Positions 28,705-43,200 of a stretch of DNA of 64,000 bases are shown here, piece after piece (the first letter of the stretch is position 1; the number at the start of each line of letters is the position of its first letter). Under the pieces are notes generated by a model. The model was given only the letters and a program-made list of their open reading frames with translations. It was not told the DNA's origin and did not search any database. Where the stretch lies: NCBI GenBank assembly GCA_051294375.1, contig CM119269.1, positions 10,894,883-10,958,882 on the forward strand, written 5' to 3'. The DNA is from Paraspadella gotoi. Its lineage: Eukaryota > Animalia > Chaetognatha. The position numbers were made by a program, and so were the translations under genes.

Positions 28705-31700
28705 ATTTGTGTTTTCCGGTTTTTACTGAACTAAATTGAAGTTTGAACATTTTTCACTTTTTAATATTTTTTTGACGAAAGTGTTAAGAGAAAATCAATA
28801 AATAATTCCATGAATCTGTCTGGTGTCTCATTCTGTCTGATGTTCCTGAAATAAGTTCAGAAGTCCAAACCGAATCAAATCGTGTATTTTCGTGTGTAAC
28901 ACAATTTTTTTACATTTATCTTAATCCGAGAAAAACAACTCACATTGTCGCGAAGAAGGAACTAACGATGCCCACCGCAATCAATTTTCGAAATGACGGA
29001 TCGTGCGTCGACTCTCCCCGTCATGAATACGATTACGTCTCCCGTCACAGATTGTCGGCGTCGGGAATCTTGACGCGTGATCCGTTTATTTTTTCGTCGC
29101 TTAGCAACGAGAGTTGGAGGAGTGGTGACGCTAGGCCCTAGGGGAACTTAAATCTCAACGGCGAAAACTTCGAGAGCTCAAAACTTCGAAACGCCTCAAC
29201 GGCATATCTGACAGGGACAATGAGAAATCCAGGAAAATATAACATCCAACGGAGATTATAACGAATATTTCTAAAGCTTTATATTTCCCGTTTTATTGAT
29301 AAACAAGATCAGTCCGTACCATAATAAACAACAACTAGAACAATCATAACAACAACGACGACCACGAACGTCTTGACTGCGAATCGATTATCTCGTTCTG
29401 CTCCAACTTTTCTCGCGCGTCTGTCATGAAAGCGACAAAGCTACTCAAACATTCCCACTGGAAACTCTTCATTTTATCTCCAGAAACTCCATTCCTTTTT
29501 TTTTTCACATCATTTTCGAGACAGGCCTGTCGCCTGCAATACTGGTTGAATCTCTTTCGGAGTGATCGCTTCCAAGAAAGTAGTCTTGGTTGCTTTTTAA
29601 AGACACATTTAGCGCCATTGAGACATTCAAGATTAGACTGGTGATTTTCAGAAAAAAGTAATATTTAGCTTTTGGAAACAATATATTCTGTTTTTTAGAA
29701 TGCACTAGGCGAGGTCTTTGGAAAAAAATGGCAACCGCTTCTAACTTTCTTCTATAAATTTTCAAGTACATATTCTTGTACAATTTGGAAAATACAAATA
29801 AAACAATGTCAGCTCTCAGCTCCTGTATCGACTTTCAATCTGCTTTTGTTGTTTTGTTTATATATCTTTTATATATGTTTTATATATCTTTTTCAAAATG
29901 ATAAAATCTCTATGCGTTTTTATATATGGTTAATTTTTTAAATGGTCACGGTAAATAGCCTACATATTCGTCAGTCATGTGGGGAATTCTCCTTTATTCT
30001 TACTTTCTTTTTTTTTCCTTTCTTTTTGTCTAAGCTTGAGGAAAACGATATTCGGAAAAATTCGAATGGAGACTTCGACCAAAAAAACGTTGGGGAAGAA
30101 CGTACATAAAGTTGAGCCTCGGGAGACCAGGTGTCTACGAGCGCGTGGGAAAACGAAAGTTGAGGGGAGAGAGAGAGGGAGTTGATGGCAGAAGAAAATA
30201 GGCGAGTCTTTTATCAGGGTGTGGCCGAGATAATTTAGGGCGTGGTTGAGTAAAGTAAGTGCACTGAGAGGATGAAGGGTGGAGAAAAGAAAATAAAGAG
30301 TGTGCTTAGAAAAGAACGGGAGTGGCTGATAATTTATACATGGTAGGTATTTAGCTGAATAAATAATCCGCTGATAAAAATAATGGTGAAGAAATGATGA
30401 AAAAAAAGTACCTTTACCCCAGAATTAAAAAGAGAAATGATTTTAGAGATTAAACAAAGACTGTGAAAAAAAATATCTCTGGAACAGATAAAAAATAAAA
30501 GCTCTATCGGAGAAAAGCTTTTTGCCAGAAAATCGTCAGACTGTGGCAAAGAAACAAAGAGAGAAAGGAAGACCGATGCTAAGTAGTTGACAGGAATGAC
30601 AAGCTGAACGTGTCGAGGGACAAACTAGGGAAAAGTGGGAAAAGAGGATGGGTGGCGGAGGAAAGGAAGAAGGTGAGAGAGGCTAGAAAGGATTGTTGGC
30701 GGCGGAGGAAAAGAGAAGGAGAGAAAGGGCAAGAACCAGGAAGATCGGTTCTCCTCCTTCACGCAGGGACGACGGGCGTGGCCGCAGGGAAAAAAAAATC
30801 AATATTTGTTCATGGCTCGGAGACGCGACGCGACGCGACGCGGTCTGAAAGAACGAGAGCTGCAGACGCCGCATCGAGAGCAACCATATGGCGCGTCATG
30901 GCACGGAAGGCGAGGGGAGCGCATGGCGCCAAGAGGCGTATGAGGAGGAGGAGGAAGAGGAGGAATAGAAGAAGGTGAAGGGAAGGAAAAGAAAAGAATG
31001 GTGATGAGAGAGAGTCAGCGATTGGAGGTTGGAGAGAGGATTCAAAAATTAGTGCCTGAGGATAGAAGGAGGATGAAGAGTTGTTGGCTCCGTAATTCTG
31101 AATTCGTTTTACAGATAGGAATAAATCCGATGAATGTAAATTATAGGAGTTATCGACTTTTTTTTTCCCTATTTTTTGCTTGCCCGTCACGAACCTTTTC
31201 TCTCTTATTTTCGATAAATTATTATCTTCTTTTCTCTCTGTTATAAAAAGAAGGAACAGTTATAAAAAGGTATTATAAGACGGTGAAATATTTTTAAACG
31301 ACATGGTTTAAAAAAAAAAAAGGAAAAGGAAAAGAGAAAGAAGATAGAGAAATAGAAAGGAGACTAAAGAACTGGTGAAAAGGGGAGAGAGGAATCGAGG
31401 GGAAAAGAAAGGGAGGCAGGAGAAAAAACGTTGTGCGAAAGAAAAAGGAGGAAGAGGAAGAGGGGGGAAAAAATAAGAAAAAGAGAAGAGAAGAAAGATC
31501 GTTTTCTTTTTTTTTTTGGAAAACTTAGAGAAAAGAAAAAAAAATCAATTAGTGAATAAACGAGACGGAAATTGATTTCAGCCGCAGGGATTATTTTTTC
31601 TAGATGCAGCGAAAAGAATCGAAGGCGTCACCGACCGTCACACTCAATGAGTCTCACAATCTTTTCACAGTTTTGGGGAATTTTTCTGGGGCGCTGCGTC

Positions 31701-32036
31701 TAGACTGGTCGATGATATTCGTAGGTAGGGGGGTGGAAAATGGGGGGGAGAAGGGAATAAAAGAAAAATCAGTCTTTGCGAAGTCGCTCTTTGACATCAA
31801 GACATGAAAATTCTGTGGTTCGGGAAAAGTACGTGCGTTTTTTAAATGTTAGAGTTTATCAATATCATCGATTAATGCGATAAGAGTGAATTCTAAATTT
31901 TTTTCATTTTCTTCAAAAATTGCTACATACTTCCTCTAGTTTAGAAATAAATTTTTAAAAAATATTGATAAGACGATACCATTTTTTTTAAAATATACTT
32001 TATGTGTAAATCCTTTCTGTTTTGCTGTGTTTGTAG

Positions 32037-32119
32037 ATTATAGACAGTTTAAATATTTGCAACAACAATAATAATAATAATAAAAAATTGTTGTTGCAAA
32101 TATATAAACTGTCTATAAT
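32037..32119. repeat. 33 bp inverted repeat (1 mismatch) with (AAT)n loop
   Basis: ATTATAGACAGTTTAAATATTTGCAACAACAAT ... ATTGTTGTTGCAAATATATAAACTGTCTATAAT. Confidence 0.9.
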
Positions 32120-33112
32120 TAAATATACTTTTAAATTTCACCTTTGGCTTCTTCTTCAAGTGCAACAACCTGTCAATAAAAGAAACGACTCAGGGGGGGG
32201 GGGAAATGTCGATGCTTGTCAATGAACGTTTCCGCCATTTTTTAAAGAAAAAATCGTATGCACTGTCAGACTAAGGAAATAGTTGCAATTGTGACGCAAC
32301 ACTGCGCAGCTGATTATTTTCAACTAATAACCTTTATTAGAGTAATAAAAAGTATAAGAGGAGAATCGCCGGCTGAATTTAGGAGGATACTCAAAACTGG
32401 CACGTCTTGTTTTTATTTAAGTAAAAAATGAAAGCTAAAAAGTAATACAGATATTCGTGATATCATTGACAAAGAAAGAACAGCAAAGATAATCGAGGAG
32501 AGACGACGACAACGACGACAACAACGACAACGTCCATCATTCCTCGTCCATTATCGGGGGCGAAAACTAGGAAATTTGCTGGATATTTGCCCAACGCGCG
32601 TCACGGGCGCTTCGTCCGCGGCTAATGGCTTCCAGACTGGACGAGCGGAACGCCCACACGCTCACGTACGTACGATCCCGCGCCGGAAAGCCATGGTACG
32701 GGTAACCTTTCGACACTGATTACTTTTTACCGAGATTTAGGAGAATGGCACCGAAGAAGCAGTTTGAATAATGTAGGAATCTCATGAACAAGAAATCGAC
32801 ATAGGTTGGATTTAATAATCAAATTAATTAATACGTATTAAATACATGACATAAAAGATAGAATAAACATTCAACCCCGTAGTTTCGAAAATTGCTATCG
32901 AATCGGAAAGAAACTTTGTTACAGTCGGCCGTCTTTAAACGCAGGGTTTAAAAACGCGCCCTACCGACTCCAACTCTCCAGGCAACCCGAAGTTTTTTTT
33001 TCCTCTCAAGATTAAATTTGTTAGTAGTGGAAATCGAGGGAAACATCATCTTTGAAGAAATAAAGTAAAGAATTTGATTTTCGGACGATGGAAAACGACA
33101 ACTGAAGAGGCG

Positions 33113-36100
33113 ATGGGCGATGCCCTGATCGAAGGTGCTTGCTTTCTTTGTTGTCGTCTTGAAGCGCAGTTTAATTGAAATTGTGACGATTTTGAGTCTT
33201 CTGGTTCTTTGCTCGTTTTATTTCTATCCCTCTAGTTCCAGTCATGTTTTGCGGCAGTAATATTTATTCTCTTTTGACAGTAACAGTTTGTCAAAGCAAC
33301 GTCATTGTATTTTATCCAGAGGGACGACCGTTGGTTTCGGAAGGCGAGGGGAAATCGGAAAGATGGCGGGACAAGTGGACAAACGCTTGGGACAAACTCA
33401 AGGACAAATGGAAGGACAATCACGTGGGAAATAATGATAAGGTTGAGGAAAAAGTTTATAAAACAATTCTGTATTATTATCTATACGCATGATTACAATA
33501 TTGCCATTATACCAATGGATAAACGGCATAATTCTACATAATTCTTCGTTCCCTGCAGAAAAACGAGGGTATTGGCAGTGACGGCGGCGGCGGCGAAGGT
33601 GAGTTTGAAAAAAGCGACCAAGAAGGCGGAGGCTGCCGGGAGGACGGACCCAGCGAAATTGGCTGCAGCAGCGAGATCTACCCTTGCAGCGAAATGAGTC
33701 GTGGCAGCGACGTTGTCCAGAGCGGCGAAGCTGGCCGTGCCATCGAATTCGGCCTCGACAGCGAAATGGGGCGAGGCAACGAGTTTGGCCGTGGCATTAA
33801 GGCGCCTTCGTCGGAGGCTTCGGAATTCCCGGATTTGTTAGAAGAAACGCCGATGGAGGCGCTCGCTGGCGTGGTGGCGAAAATGGGCGTCGCCCACGAC
33901 GACGAGGAGGACGACGAGTGGCGTCAAGTGGTCAAGGAGCGTCTACAGGAAATGACGAGGATGCGAGAAAATGTAAGAAGGATGGAGAGAGAGACGGAGC
34001 TCGCACGATCTAGGGAAATGCAGAGGTCGATCTCCGGTCGGTCGCAAGACGCGGCGCCGAATCGCGTCAGCTCCGACGTCGCCGGCGAGGCCGACGCCAA
34101 TATTCTATGCGCCATGGGTGAGGAGAGATGGTTGGGTATGTGACGAATCGAGTGACTTGTGACTCAACTGATCTTGATAATAGGCGCCTGGTTGATCACG
34201 CTGATCTCCCTCCTGGCGTTCCTGGCTCCTGGCATCTACGTTCTCGTCGTCTTCCCAAATATTGCGGCCGGAGGTCTTCCAATATTTTTCATCGTCGCCG
34301 GCGCTGTCGGCGTGGTCGGGGGCGCCGCCTTGACACCGCCGGGAATCGCCTTGAGGTCGGATATCCCTTCAAAATTTAATGCAGCGGCATTATTAGAGGG
34401 AATTAATTAAAATAGTTCACGGCAGGCGTGCGATCAAATTTCGGAAAACAGCTGCGATCACGGAATCCGCTGGCGATGCCCTTTTGTCTACAAAGGCGAC
34501 GCTCAGCGCCGCGGGGGAGGGGATGGACGAGGTCGAAATTGCCGTTATGAAAGAAACAAAAGTAGCGGCCGAAGAACAGAAACGTAACGAGCATTATTAA
34601 AATTAAATATAGGAATTTAAGGGCTAGAAATGTCGTGGAAATTTGGAATATCGGTAACCTTTGACCCTTAACGAATACAGAGGTATGCGTGAGTGGCGGA
34701 GGCGACATCGACGAAAAGGTGTTCGTAGGAAACGATGAGTCGGATGACGAAGAAAAAAAAAAGTTTGACGGAGAATTGGACGTGGAAGACATCCATCCAG
34801 GTCAAAAGAAGGAGGACGCGTCACCCGCCGAAATGTTTATTAAATAAGTTTACTAGTTTGTCAGTTTGAATTAAAATTGTAAATAACTATAAAATAAACT
34901 AGAAAACTCTCAAACTTCGTCGTCTTTTATAGGCCTTGAATGCAGCAGTGAGATTGAGATAAAATTTTTACCTTTTTTAGAAAATACTGAGACGAAATTG
35001 AGAATATTGAAGCAAAATTAAGGGAAAAAATGATATCTCGGTTGAAGGAACGAAAATAACCGTTTGAAACTTAAAATTGCTAAGTTTACGTGTGCACAAG
35101 ATGCTTTCGTTGCTTATGTTGCAGAATCTGAAAGCTTGATGGAGGAATGTCGGAGCACCACAGTGCAATCGCTGGTCACCGAGTGGACGGATCGAGTGGC
35201 GAAGAGCGGCGACCAAAAGACCAAAGGTTTTATGAGTGATATCTCACGTGATTTTGAGATCGTGATATCCCCGAACGCCCCGTGGGTTCCAACAGCTCTT
35301 CGATCGGCGCTGACCGGAGGTTTGGCTTCGACGACGACTCCGCCGCCGCCGGAAGAGTCTGCCGATTTGGACGGGAGGTTCGCCAATAGAGACATCGTCA
35401 TCGCCAGCGTTCGTCGATTACCCAATCCGTTTCAGGTCTAGGAAGATTTTAAGAAAGGGTTATCACCTACAAGCACCGGAGCAACTCCTTAATCATCTTT
35501 TATTTGTAATCCCACCAAATTTTGTCTGTTCTTCTTGATGTTTGTAAATTGTTTTAGCGAATAACTATCCTTAAGATTTCCTCCACTTTTTTTTAGTAAT
35601 TGTCTACATTTATCAATTAGCAAAGTGGAATGAACGACGTACCAACTCGTTATAAAAATTTCTGACAACGATGTCCTTTACCGATTCAGTTATTCACTTA
35701 TCGCAGAATGATTTGGCCCATACTCTAAACCCGCCACCTCAATCCGCTGGCGGCGGGGGCGGCGGCAATATACATCCGTCGACGACAACGTCCAGGACGT
35801 CAACAACTTCAGCGACAATCGCTACGATGACGACGACGACGACGACGGCGACGGCGACGAAAACAACGGCGGTGACATCCACATCGACAACGATAACGGA
35901 AAAGGAGGTGGGAAAAAAAAGGATTAATAGGCAATTATTGCGTTAAAATTACATAAAATAATTACCTTTTTATCAATACTCAGGTGACGCCGACGATCGA
36001 CCCCACGCCATTGACTTCGAGTCATTCCCTCGACGAGCACTTCCTCTATCGACACAAGATAGAATCGGCCGCCGAATTTTTACTGTCGTCTTCCTTGTCG

Positions 36101-37135
36101 GCCGACGCCGCTGTCGGCATTACGACAGCAAAGGCCGCTCAGGCCATAGCGGACAGCTGGTCGGACGTAGAAGCTGACGAAAACGAAAATGTCATCGAGG
36201 AAGAAGACGACGACGAAGAAGATAAAGGCGACTTAGGAACGGGCGCGGACAAGGAATCGACGCTGGTGATGACGTTGACGGCGACGGCGACGGAGGCGGC
36301 GTCAAAATTATTGTCGGGGCCGACGGAGGCCTCTGTCGACGCCGCCCGTTCGATGCCTAAGACGACGAAATCCGCGACGGCGTCTACCGAAGCGGATATG
36401 GAGGATGTGGACGGTCTCATCGGCGGCGTCCACGACGTTATCGGTGGCGTCCGCGACGTTATTGACGGCGTTATCGAAGGCGTATCCATGGGCTTGGTCG
36501 ACGAAGACATCCAGCGCGTCTCCATCATGGAGAGTCGCCGCTCCTTTTGCCGCGTGGAGAGAGCAGCGGTCGAGGCGGCGGCGGCGACGGCGGCGGCGGA
36601 AGTGGCGGCGACTAAGGTGGAGGATCTCTTGGAGACGGTTTCTGGTATGCAATCGCGCGGCGAAGAGCGGGGATGGCGGCGCGAGGTCGCCGAGGTCGCC
36701 GAAGGCGGAACGGTGACTGCGGCTACAGCGGCGGCGGCGGCAGCGGACAAGGCGGCGGAGGCGGCGGCCGCTGTTTCTTTCGTCCCGATAAAGTCGTCCG
36801 TGGGAAGATCGAACGCCGGATTCGTCGTCGAAACGGCGGCGAGAATTCCGGCGTGGCGCTGGCGGTTCGATTCGGCCACCACCATGGAGTCGACTTCCTC
36901 GGATTCCGAGTCATCCACGCCATCAACGCCTCGCGTGCAGTCGCCGCCTCAATCCACATTCATCGCTGCCAATTCGGTGCTGCGCGCGACGGCGCCCCCT
37001 TTTTTCCCTGCACGGGTCAAACCGCCCTCGATGAGAGACGCCGGCGACGAGGACCCCGGTTTTGGCAGTGGGCGACGCCGAGAAACGGCGAGGCGGCGTC
37101 GGCGTCCCGGCGAAAAGCGGGCGATGGATTCGTAG
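33113..37135 (+). CDS. Uncharacterised multi-exon protein with a two-helix hydrophobic (TM) hairpin and long acidic/Ala-Thr-rich regions; PAM2-like motif near the C-terminus
   Basis: GC-rich ORF segments bounded by GT/AG: ~33559-34117, ~34183-34355 (AWLITLISLLAFLAPGIYVLVVFP...LPIFFIVAGAVGVVGGAALT), ~34425-34531, ~34681-34800, ~35125-35435, ~35707-35907, 35984-37135 (TAG). The start and small internal exons are uncertain. Confidence 0.55.
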
Positions 37136-38131
37136 AGGGAACGGAGGGAGGAAATTTGGGCGATGTTTGATAAAGAAAGAGGAAAGATGAATGGATGGAA
37201 TAAATGAATAAGAGGATGAGCAAAAATAAAAGAAAAACTCGGTGTGTCAGAGAGGAAGAGCCGTTCACGCTTAGGCAGGTCTTTGCTATCTAAATCTAAT
37301 CAAATGACTAGAATAGCTATAAAAAAGCCTACGTCGATGAACAGAAAATACAGGCCTTTTTTTTTATCCTAGATTAGAGGCGAAAATGTAATTTTTCATT
37401 ACTTTTGTTTAAAATATTGATAGAGGAAACTACTGCTAGTTTTTTTTTCTCTGAATAAAAAAAAACAATTGGAATAAGCTTGAAAATTTTTTTTTTTCAA
37501 GAAAAGACAAAACTTGATTAGTTGAAACGTAATCTCTCATCATTAGCGGTTAAAAGTAAACGATAAACAGTAAACAGGAAGGTGACGATAAACGGATAAA
37601 AAAGGAACCTTGAAACTGCGGTTAAAACTTTTTTTAATTTAAAGACAGATCTGGATATTATTGATAACAACGAAGTGCAAACTGGCAACGTGGTAAGTTC
37701 TAAACAATACAGTCCTCTGCAAAAAAAAAAAAAAAAAGATACTACTAAATCTTAAATTGCTCGCATTTTATGCATATATTTAAAAAAAATTTCAATGATA
37801 AATATGTATTATTAAAAAAGAAATCTATATGCGAAGTTTGAATACTGAAAAAATCATGGTTAAATTCTAACTAAATTTAAACGAATAGTTTTTTTTTTTA
37901 ATGATCATTATTAACTGATATCTTTCAACAGGATTTATTTAACACGATCGGTGTCCTTTTTTTTTTGGCAAAAGACTGTACGAACTTCCATTGTTACGAA
38001 TAAAAACAAAATACTAAATCATTCATTCATTGAAAAAAGAGGAATAAAGCACTGAACAAATGCACAGTGATAAAAGAATAATAAAATAAAAGAAAAATGT
38101 AGACAAAATTGAGTCAAAAACTTTTCCCACA

Positions 38132-40179
38132 TCATAGCGAAGAGGGCGCATGTGAGACGCTAGCAGTGCTGCTCGTCGTCACTTGTTGATTGTGCTCCTG
38201 CTGTTGCTGCTGCACTGGTGGTTGCGGCACTTCGCTCTCGTTAACGGTAGCCGAAGGGCCCTTATTAAATGTAGAAAATAAAATTATCGAAAAACGGTGG
38301 AATAACTACTAATGAACCGTCCGAGATAGCGTTAGACTTTAGATTTTACTCACTTTTAAATTATTTATTCGTTGGTCGTTCTTCAGTCAATTTGTAATTT
38401 TTATAATTTTATAAACAAACATCATATCATTTATAATGAGGGAATTTGAAAACACTAAATTCACTCTCTCTCTCGCTCTCTCACGTTGGATTTCGACGCG
38501 TCCTCTTCCTTATTTCCCGGCAAATTTTCCCCGGTATGCAAAGGTGATAGAGACACCGCTGAATCATTAAGTTCTGGGGGAAAAAGAAAGTGCAGTTGAG
38601 AATAAACGATAAAAGGTAACAAACAAACCTAGAAAAAAAGGGTGGAAAATGAAACAAAAAAAAGAAAGAAAAAACCGATATATTATGGCAACGGGGGGAC
38701 ATGTGTGATGCCTGGGGTGTGAAGCATCTCGCGACAGCCGGCGCTCAGGCCTTTAGACCTGCAGAGACCACCGCATGTCACTGGGGTGTTTATGCCGACA
38801 CCATCACACTTTAACCAGCGTGACCTTGAGGGGATTGAACCCGGAACTCACGGTTGGTGAAAGAGTACTTAGCTGTCCAAGCCAATGGGACGAGCTGAGT
38901 TTCACCAAGATATACGGGAGGAAAATTTAGGATTCGCCACAATATTAAATAATTTTACCTTTATGTTCCGAGAATCCAACGACTTTGACCGAAGGTATTT
39001 GGTTTTCCGCCGATTGTGGCGGCGGTGTCTGAGTTCAAGAAAAGGAATTTAGACTAAATTAGAGTCACAATCACAACTACTTTTTTTTTTTAAATAAAAA
39101 GAAAAAAAGGGCAAAAAACAAAACTAAAATAGCGACAGAATTTTGAATAACCTTTCCAGCATCGACGTCGGTTAGATCCGCCAACGACGTCACCGTAAAC
39201 TTGGCGGATGGCGCCGCCAACTGCGCCGAGAGAGTCGTGGTCGCCGGGGGCGACGACGCTGCAGCAGTCGAATCAGATGAGAAAGCGGGCGTGGAGATGA
39301 CGTTGGTGGGAGGCAACGACGCGACGTCGTTCGACGAAATGGGCGACGCCGAATGACGTAATGAGTCGGTAACGGATGTAGCAGAGCCGCTGACTGGGAC
39401 GCCACTGCTCTCTATGGCAGCGCAAACGGAGCCCGATTCGGAAGAGGCAATGGGCGTAGAAGATGTGGAGGGCGTGGCAACGAACGTCGTCGTTATCATC
39501 GTTGTCGTGGGTGTAGTGAACGTAGATCCTAAAATAGGTGGCACCGAAGACGACGACGACGACGACGACGACAGGGAGAGATTTGGAATCGAAACTGGAA
39601 CCTTTGTTCCTCTGTAGAAAGAGATTATAATAATTTAATATACTAATAATATACGACACATTTAGTTATTAATCTTAAAGTATATCCGGGTCACGACTCA
39701 CCTGGCCAACACTTGCGCCCCTGTTGGGCGACCTCGAACTCTCTTCGGCGCTCCCGTCGTCAACGTGGTCGTCGTCGTCGTCGAGGCAGTCGTCGAGGAC
39801 ACCGGCCTCTTGACGCCGATTATTCCACCTTTTGCTCCTAGTGGACGAGAATATTTAGTAATATGACCGGAATTTTTTATTACTTTTAAGTATAAAATGC
39901 ACTATAATTTTGTTTAATTTTTCGGCTCTATTAGTCCATCTTACGTAGGATGAAGACATTATTTGACAGTTTGATTAAAAAGAGCAACTAATGTTGGCTT
40001 CCTTATAAAAAATACTACTTAATGACTTATATAAGGTTGTAACCAGGTTACGAGTTATGAAATAAAATTTCGTCGTTACCAGCGTTAGGCATCGCGCGAG
40101 AGAGCGCCGCCATTGCCGCTTTCCCGGCAGTTGCGTAAATTGTAGTTCCTGGCGTCAGCGTTCCTGGAGAGAAAGACGG

Positions 40180-40246
<67 letters not shown>

Positions 40247-43200
40247 AGAGAGAGAGAGCAGAGCATGAGAGCGAGAGAGAGAGAGAGTTTATTCAATAAT
40301 CAGAAAATGAAATTTATTCGAAAAAAAAATTGAATCACCAAACGAACCGGAAACTCATAAAGGCGCGAAAAAATCGAAAAAAGTAAAAAATCAAAAAACA
40401 AACTAAATCCAAAAAACTGAAGGAAAAATTTTTTTAGTAGAACCTGCCGAAACGACGATTCCAGGCATCGATCCTCTGACGATTTGCAGTGGAAGAGTCA
40501 CGGTTTTCGAGGTCAATGGAATGATGCCACCTGTCAAATTTCATTTTTATAACAAAACAAAGCATTTAAATTTTCACCGATTACATTTAAAATTAAAAAG
40601 GCTCATTAATTTCCTTACTGCTGGACTTGATTTTTTTAACTCACCCGGCGCCAAAGACGACGGAATCTTGGCAATCAAAACTTGCTTCATTCCACCGGAA
40701 GCCGTCTTGGCGATGCGGATCGGGATCTTCGTCATCCCGGAATCAGACGCAGACGTCGAAGCCGGCGACGACGAACCGGAAGTGACGGCTGAAGCAGGCG
40801 CCGCCGCCGGAGAGGAAACCGGCGTGGCGGCCGAATTCGAAACTGGCGCCCCGGCGTCGCTCGACTTGGCGGGAATGGGAAGGACGGAAAAAGTGGGAGA
40901 TCCGGAAGACTTGAGAGATTTCAGAAATGAAGAGGCGATGAGGGCGGAGGAGGAGGAAGAGGAGGAAGAAGAGGAAGTGACAGTAGAGGCGAGAAGGGAC
41001 GGAATGCTGGACGACGGAACCTAAAGAGGATCAGGATCGATTCAATAGATGAAAGAGGCAGTTTTTAAACCTTTAAAACTTCATAACGTATAATTAATAA
41101 TTAACATTAAAACATTATCATTGTCGATCCCGACCTTTAATATCGTGACGTTGGAGTTGTTGGTCTTGGATTGACTCAGCGTGACCCAAGGAACCGGAGA
41201 GGATTTCGTCGATTTTGGCTTCAACCACCCCGACGTCGTCGTAGCTGTCGTAGCGAGCGACATCGTCGTCGAAGTGGTCGTCAAAATCGTCGAGTGCGTC
41301 GTCGAGACCGTCGTCGACGATGTTAAAGGCGTCGAATGAGGGACGGGATGTATCGGCGCAGAAGGATTGGAGATTGTTGCAGCAGTTTGACCCTGCGCGG
41401 TCGTCGCCAGCGTAGGGGTAAGTGTTGACGGCGGCGTCGACTGCTGCGGAGGTGGCGGCAGCGTCGGAGTCGAACGGGAAAATGTGGTGAGTCCGACTCC
41501 AGAGCTAATGGGAGGAGCGGGTGTGCCTGGGAAAGCCGACGGCGATGAGTCAGAGGATGGAGGCATAGTTTGTTGATTTTGCTGCTGCTGTTGATGTTGT
41601 ACAAACGGTTGTTGCATCGAAAATCGAGTGTTTCGCTGCCTAAAGCTCTGCGGTTGAGGCGGAGTACTTTTTGCTTGAGTGGAAAGCTGTCTGAAATGAT
41701 GAGGTCGAGGCGGTCGCTGCTGCATAGCTGGGGAATTGCTAATTTGCTTCCTAATATGATGAGTCGTTGTTCTCGGTGTTGTATGAGGAACTTTCTGGTT
41801 GAGTGACGGTTGTTGCGGCGTAGGCTGAGGTTGCTGCGTAGGCTGTGGTTGCTGCGTAGGCTGTGGTTGCTGCGTAGGTTGAATTTGCATCGGAGAATGA
41901 ATTGGCTGAGACCCGAATTTGTTTTTCCCGCCCTGGGAAAGGCCCCCAAAAGATGTGATCGGAGGGGATGGCGTTAAGCTTTGATTGGTGGAGTATTTCG
42001 TTGGATCCGTCATGGAGGTGGAGATGGAGGTAGACGGAGAAGAAACGAAATCGCGCGGCGGTGACTGCGGCTGCTGCGGTAGTTGCGGAGCAAGAGGCTG
42101 CTGCAGCTGCGGGTTCGAGGCGACGGCAAGCGCGATTGACGGCGTCGTTGGTTGGGCGCCGGGTTGGCGAACCGGAGGCGGAAAGGGAGGAGCCGGTTGT
42201 TGGCCGACGCAAGGAGCGGCCCCATGAACGTCTTTGCCGAAGTCATGCCCACCAGTGTAGGCGACAGGAGTCGTAGTGACCGGCAGACCGATTGAAATAT
42301 TCGACGGTGAACTCGCCGCGGTTTCTCCGACCTTAAGATGATGCAATGGCCCGCTGTGGACCGAAACTTCTGGGGACAATCCCAATTGAGATGGTCCACC
42401 AGAAGACGGACCCCCCAGGGATGTTCCATGAGTTTCCGTTTTCTGCTGTCCCTCCCGATTCAGGTTCTGCTGTTGGGGAATGTAACACTGTTTTTGATGA
42501 AGCAGCGTTAGGGGATACTGTTGTGGATAAGACGTTGGCTGCGTAAGGTGAGGTTGCCGTGTCGCGGCTACCTGTGACAAATGAGGCGACTGTTTCGCGA
42601 CAGGCAAGTGTGGAGCATGAGTTTGAGATTGAAGCTGTTTGACTTCTCCCAAAGATGCTTGCAGTTGGGTGTTTGGTTGATGCTGATGATGATGCAGTTG
42701 AAACGAGTTCTTATCTTGCTGCAACGTTTCTTGTTGGAGCGCCGTTGGCTGGTTTCTGATAGGCATCGGTGGCATAGAGACGCTGTGAGGAAGACCCTCC
42801 GCTGGAGAAAACATTTGGCCGGGTGAGTTGTGGTTGTTTTTCCTGTAGATTTAAATACACGGTTAATTTAAATCGGCAAGCGTCATTCTAAATACGAAAA
42901 TATATATTGACGTACTTGCGAACCTCCGTTCCTAAATTCCAAATTTTAATTCCCTTTGTCGACTCGATGGGAAACGATCCGTCCGTTGCTTTCTTTTCCG
43001 AGCCTTCGCCGGGTCTTTTGTTCGAGTTGCCATGGTCGACCGACAATGGACCCGGGGAACACGCTGAAAAAGTAAATGGGGGAGATTAAAAAAAAAAGAA
43101 GAATCGACGTCGTATCCTTGGAACGTTAATGATCGGAAAAGAATCACAACTTAGAGAAAAATTTAAGTCGTAGGGTTTTTAAATCTTTTTGTATTGTTAT

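Noticed and set aside
36139-36918. 259 aa minus-strand ORF
   Set aside because: Antisense shadow of the GC-rich 35984-37135 exon, with no independent evidence.
38820-38900. Functional tRNA gene (also ~4280-4350 and ~24580-24650)
   Set aside because: A/B-box-like motifs are present but no consistent acceptor or anticodon stems; better explained as SINE heads.
40521-41024. 167 aa plus-strand acidic ORF
   Set aside because: Antisense to BMI1 exon 10, which has proper splice sites and phase.
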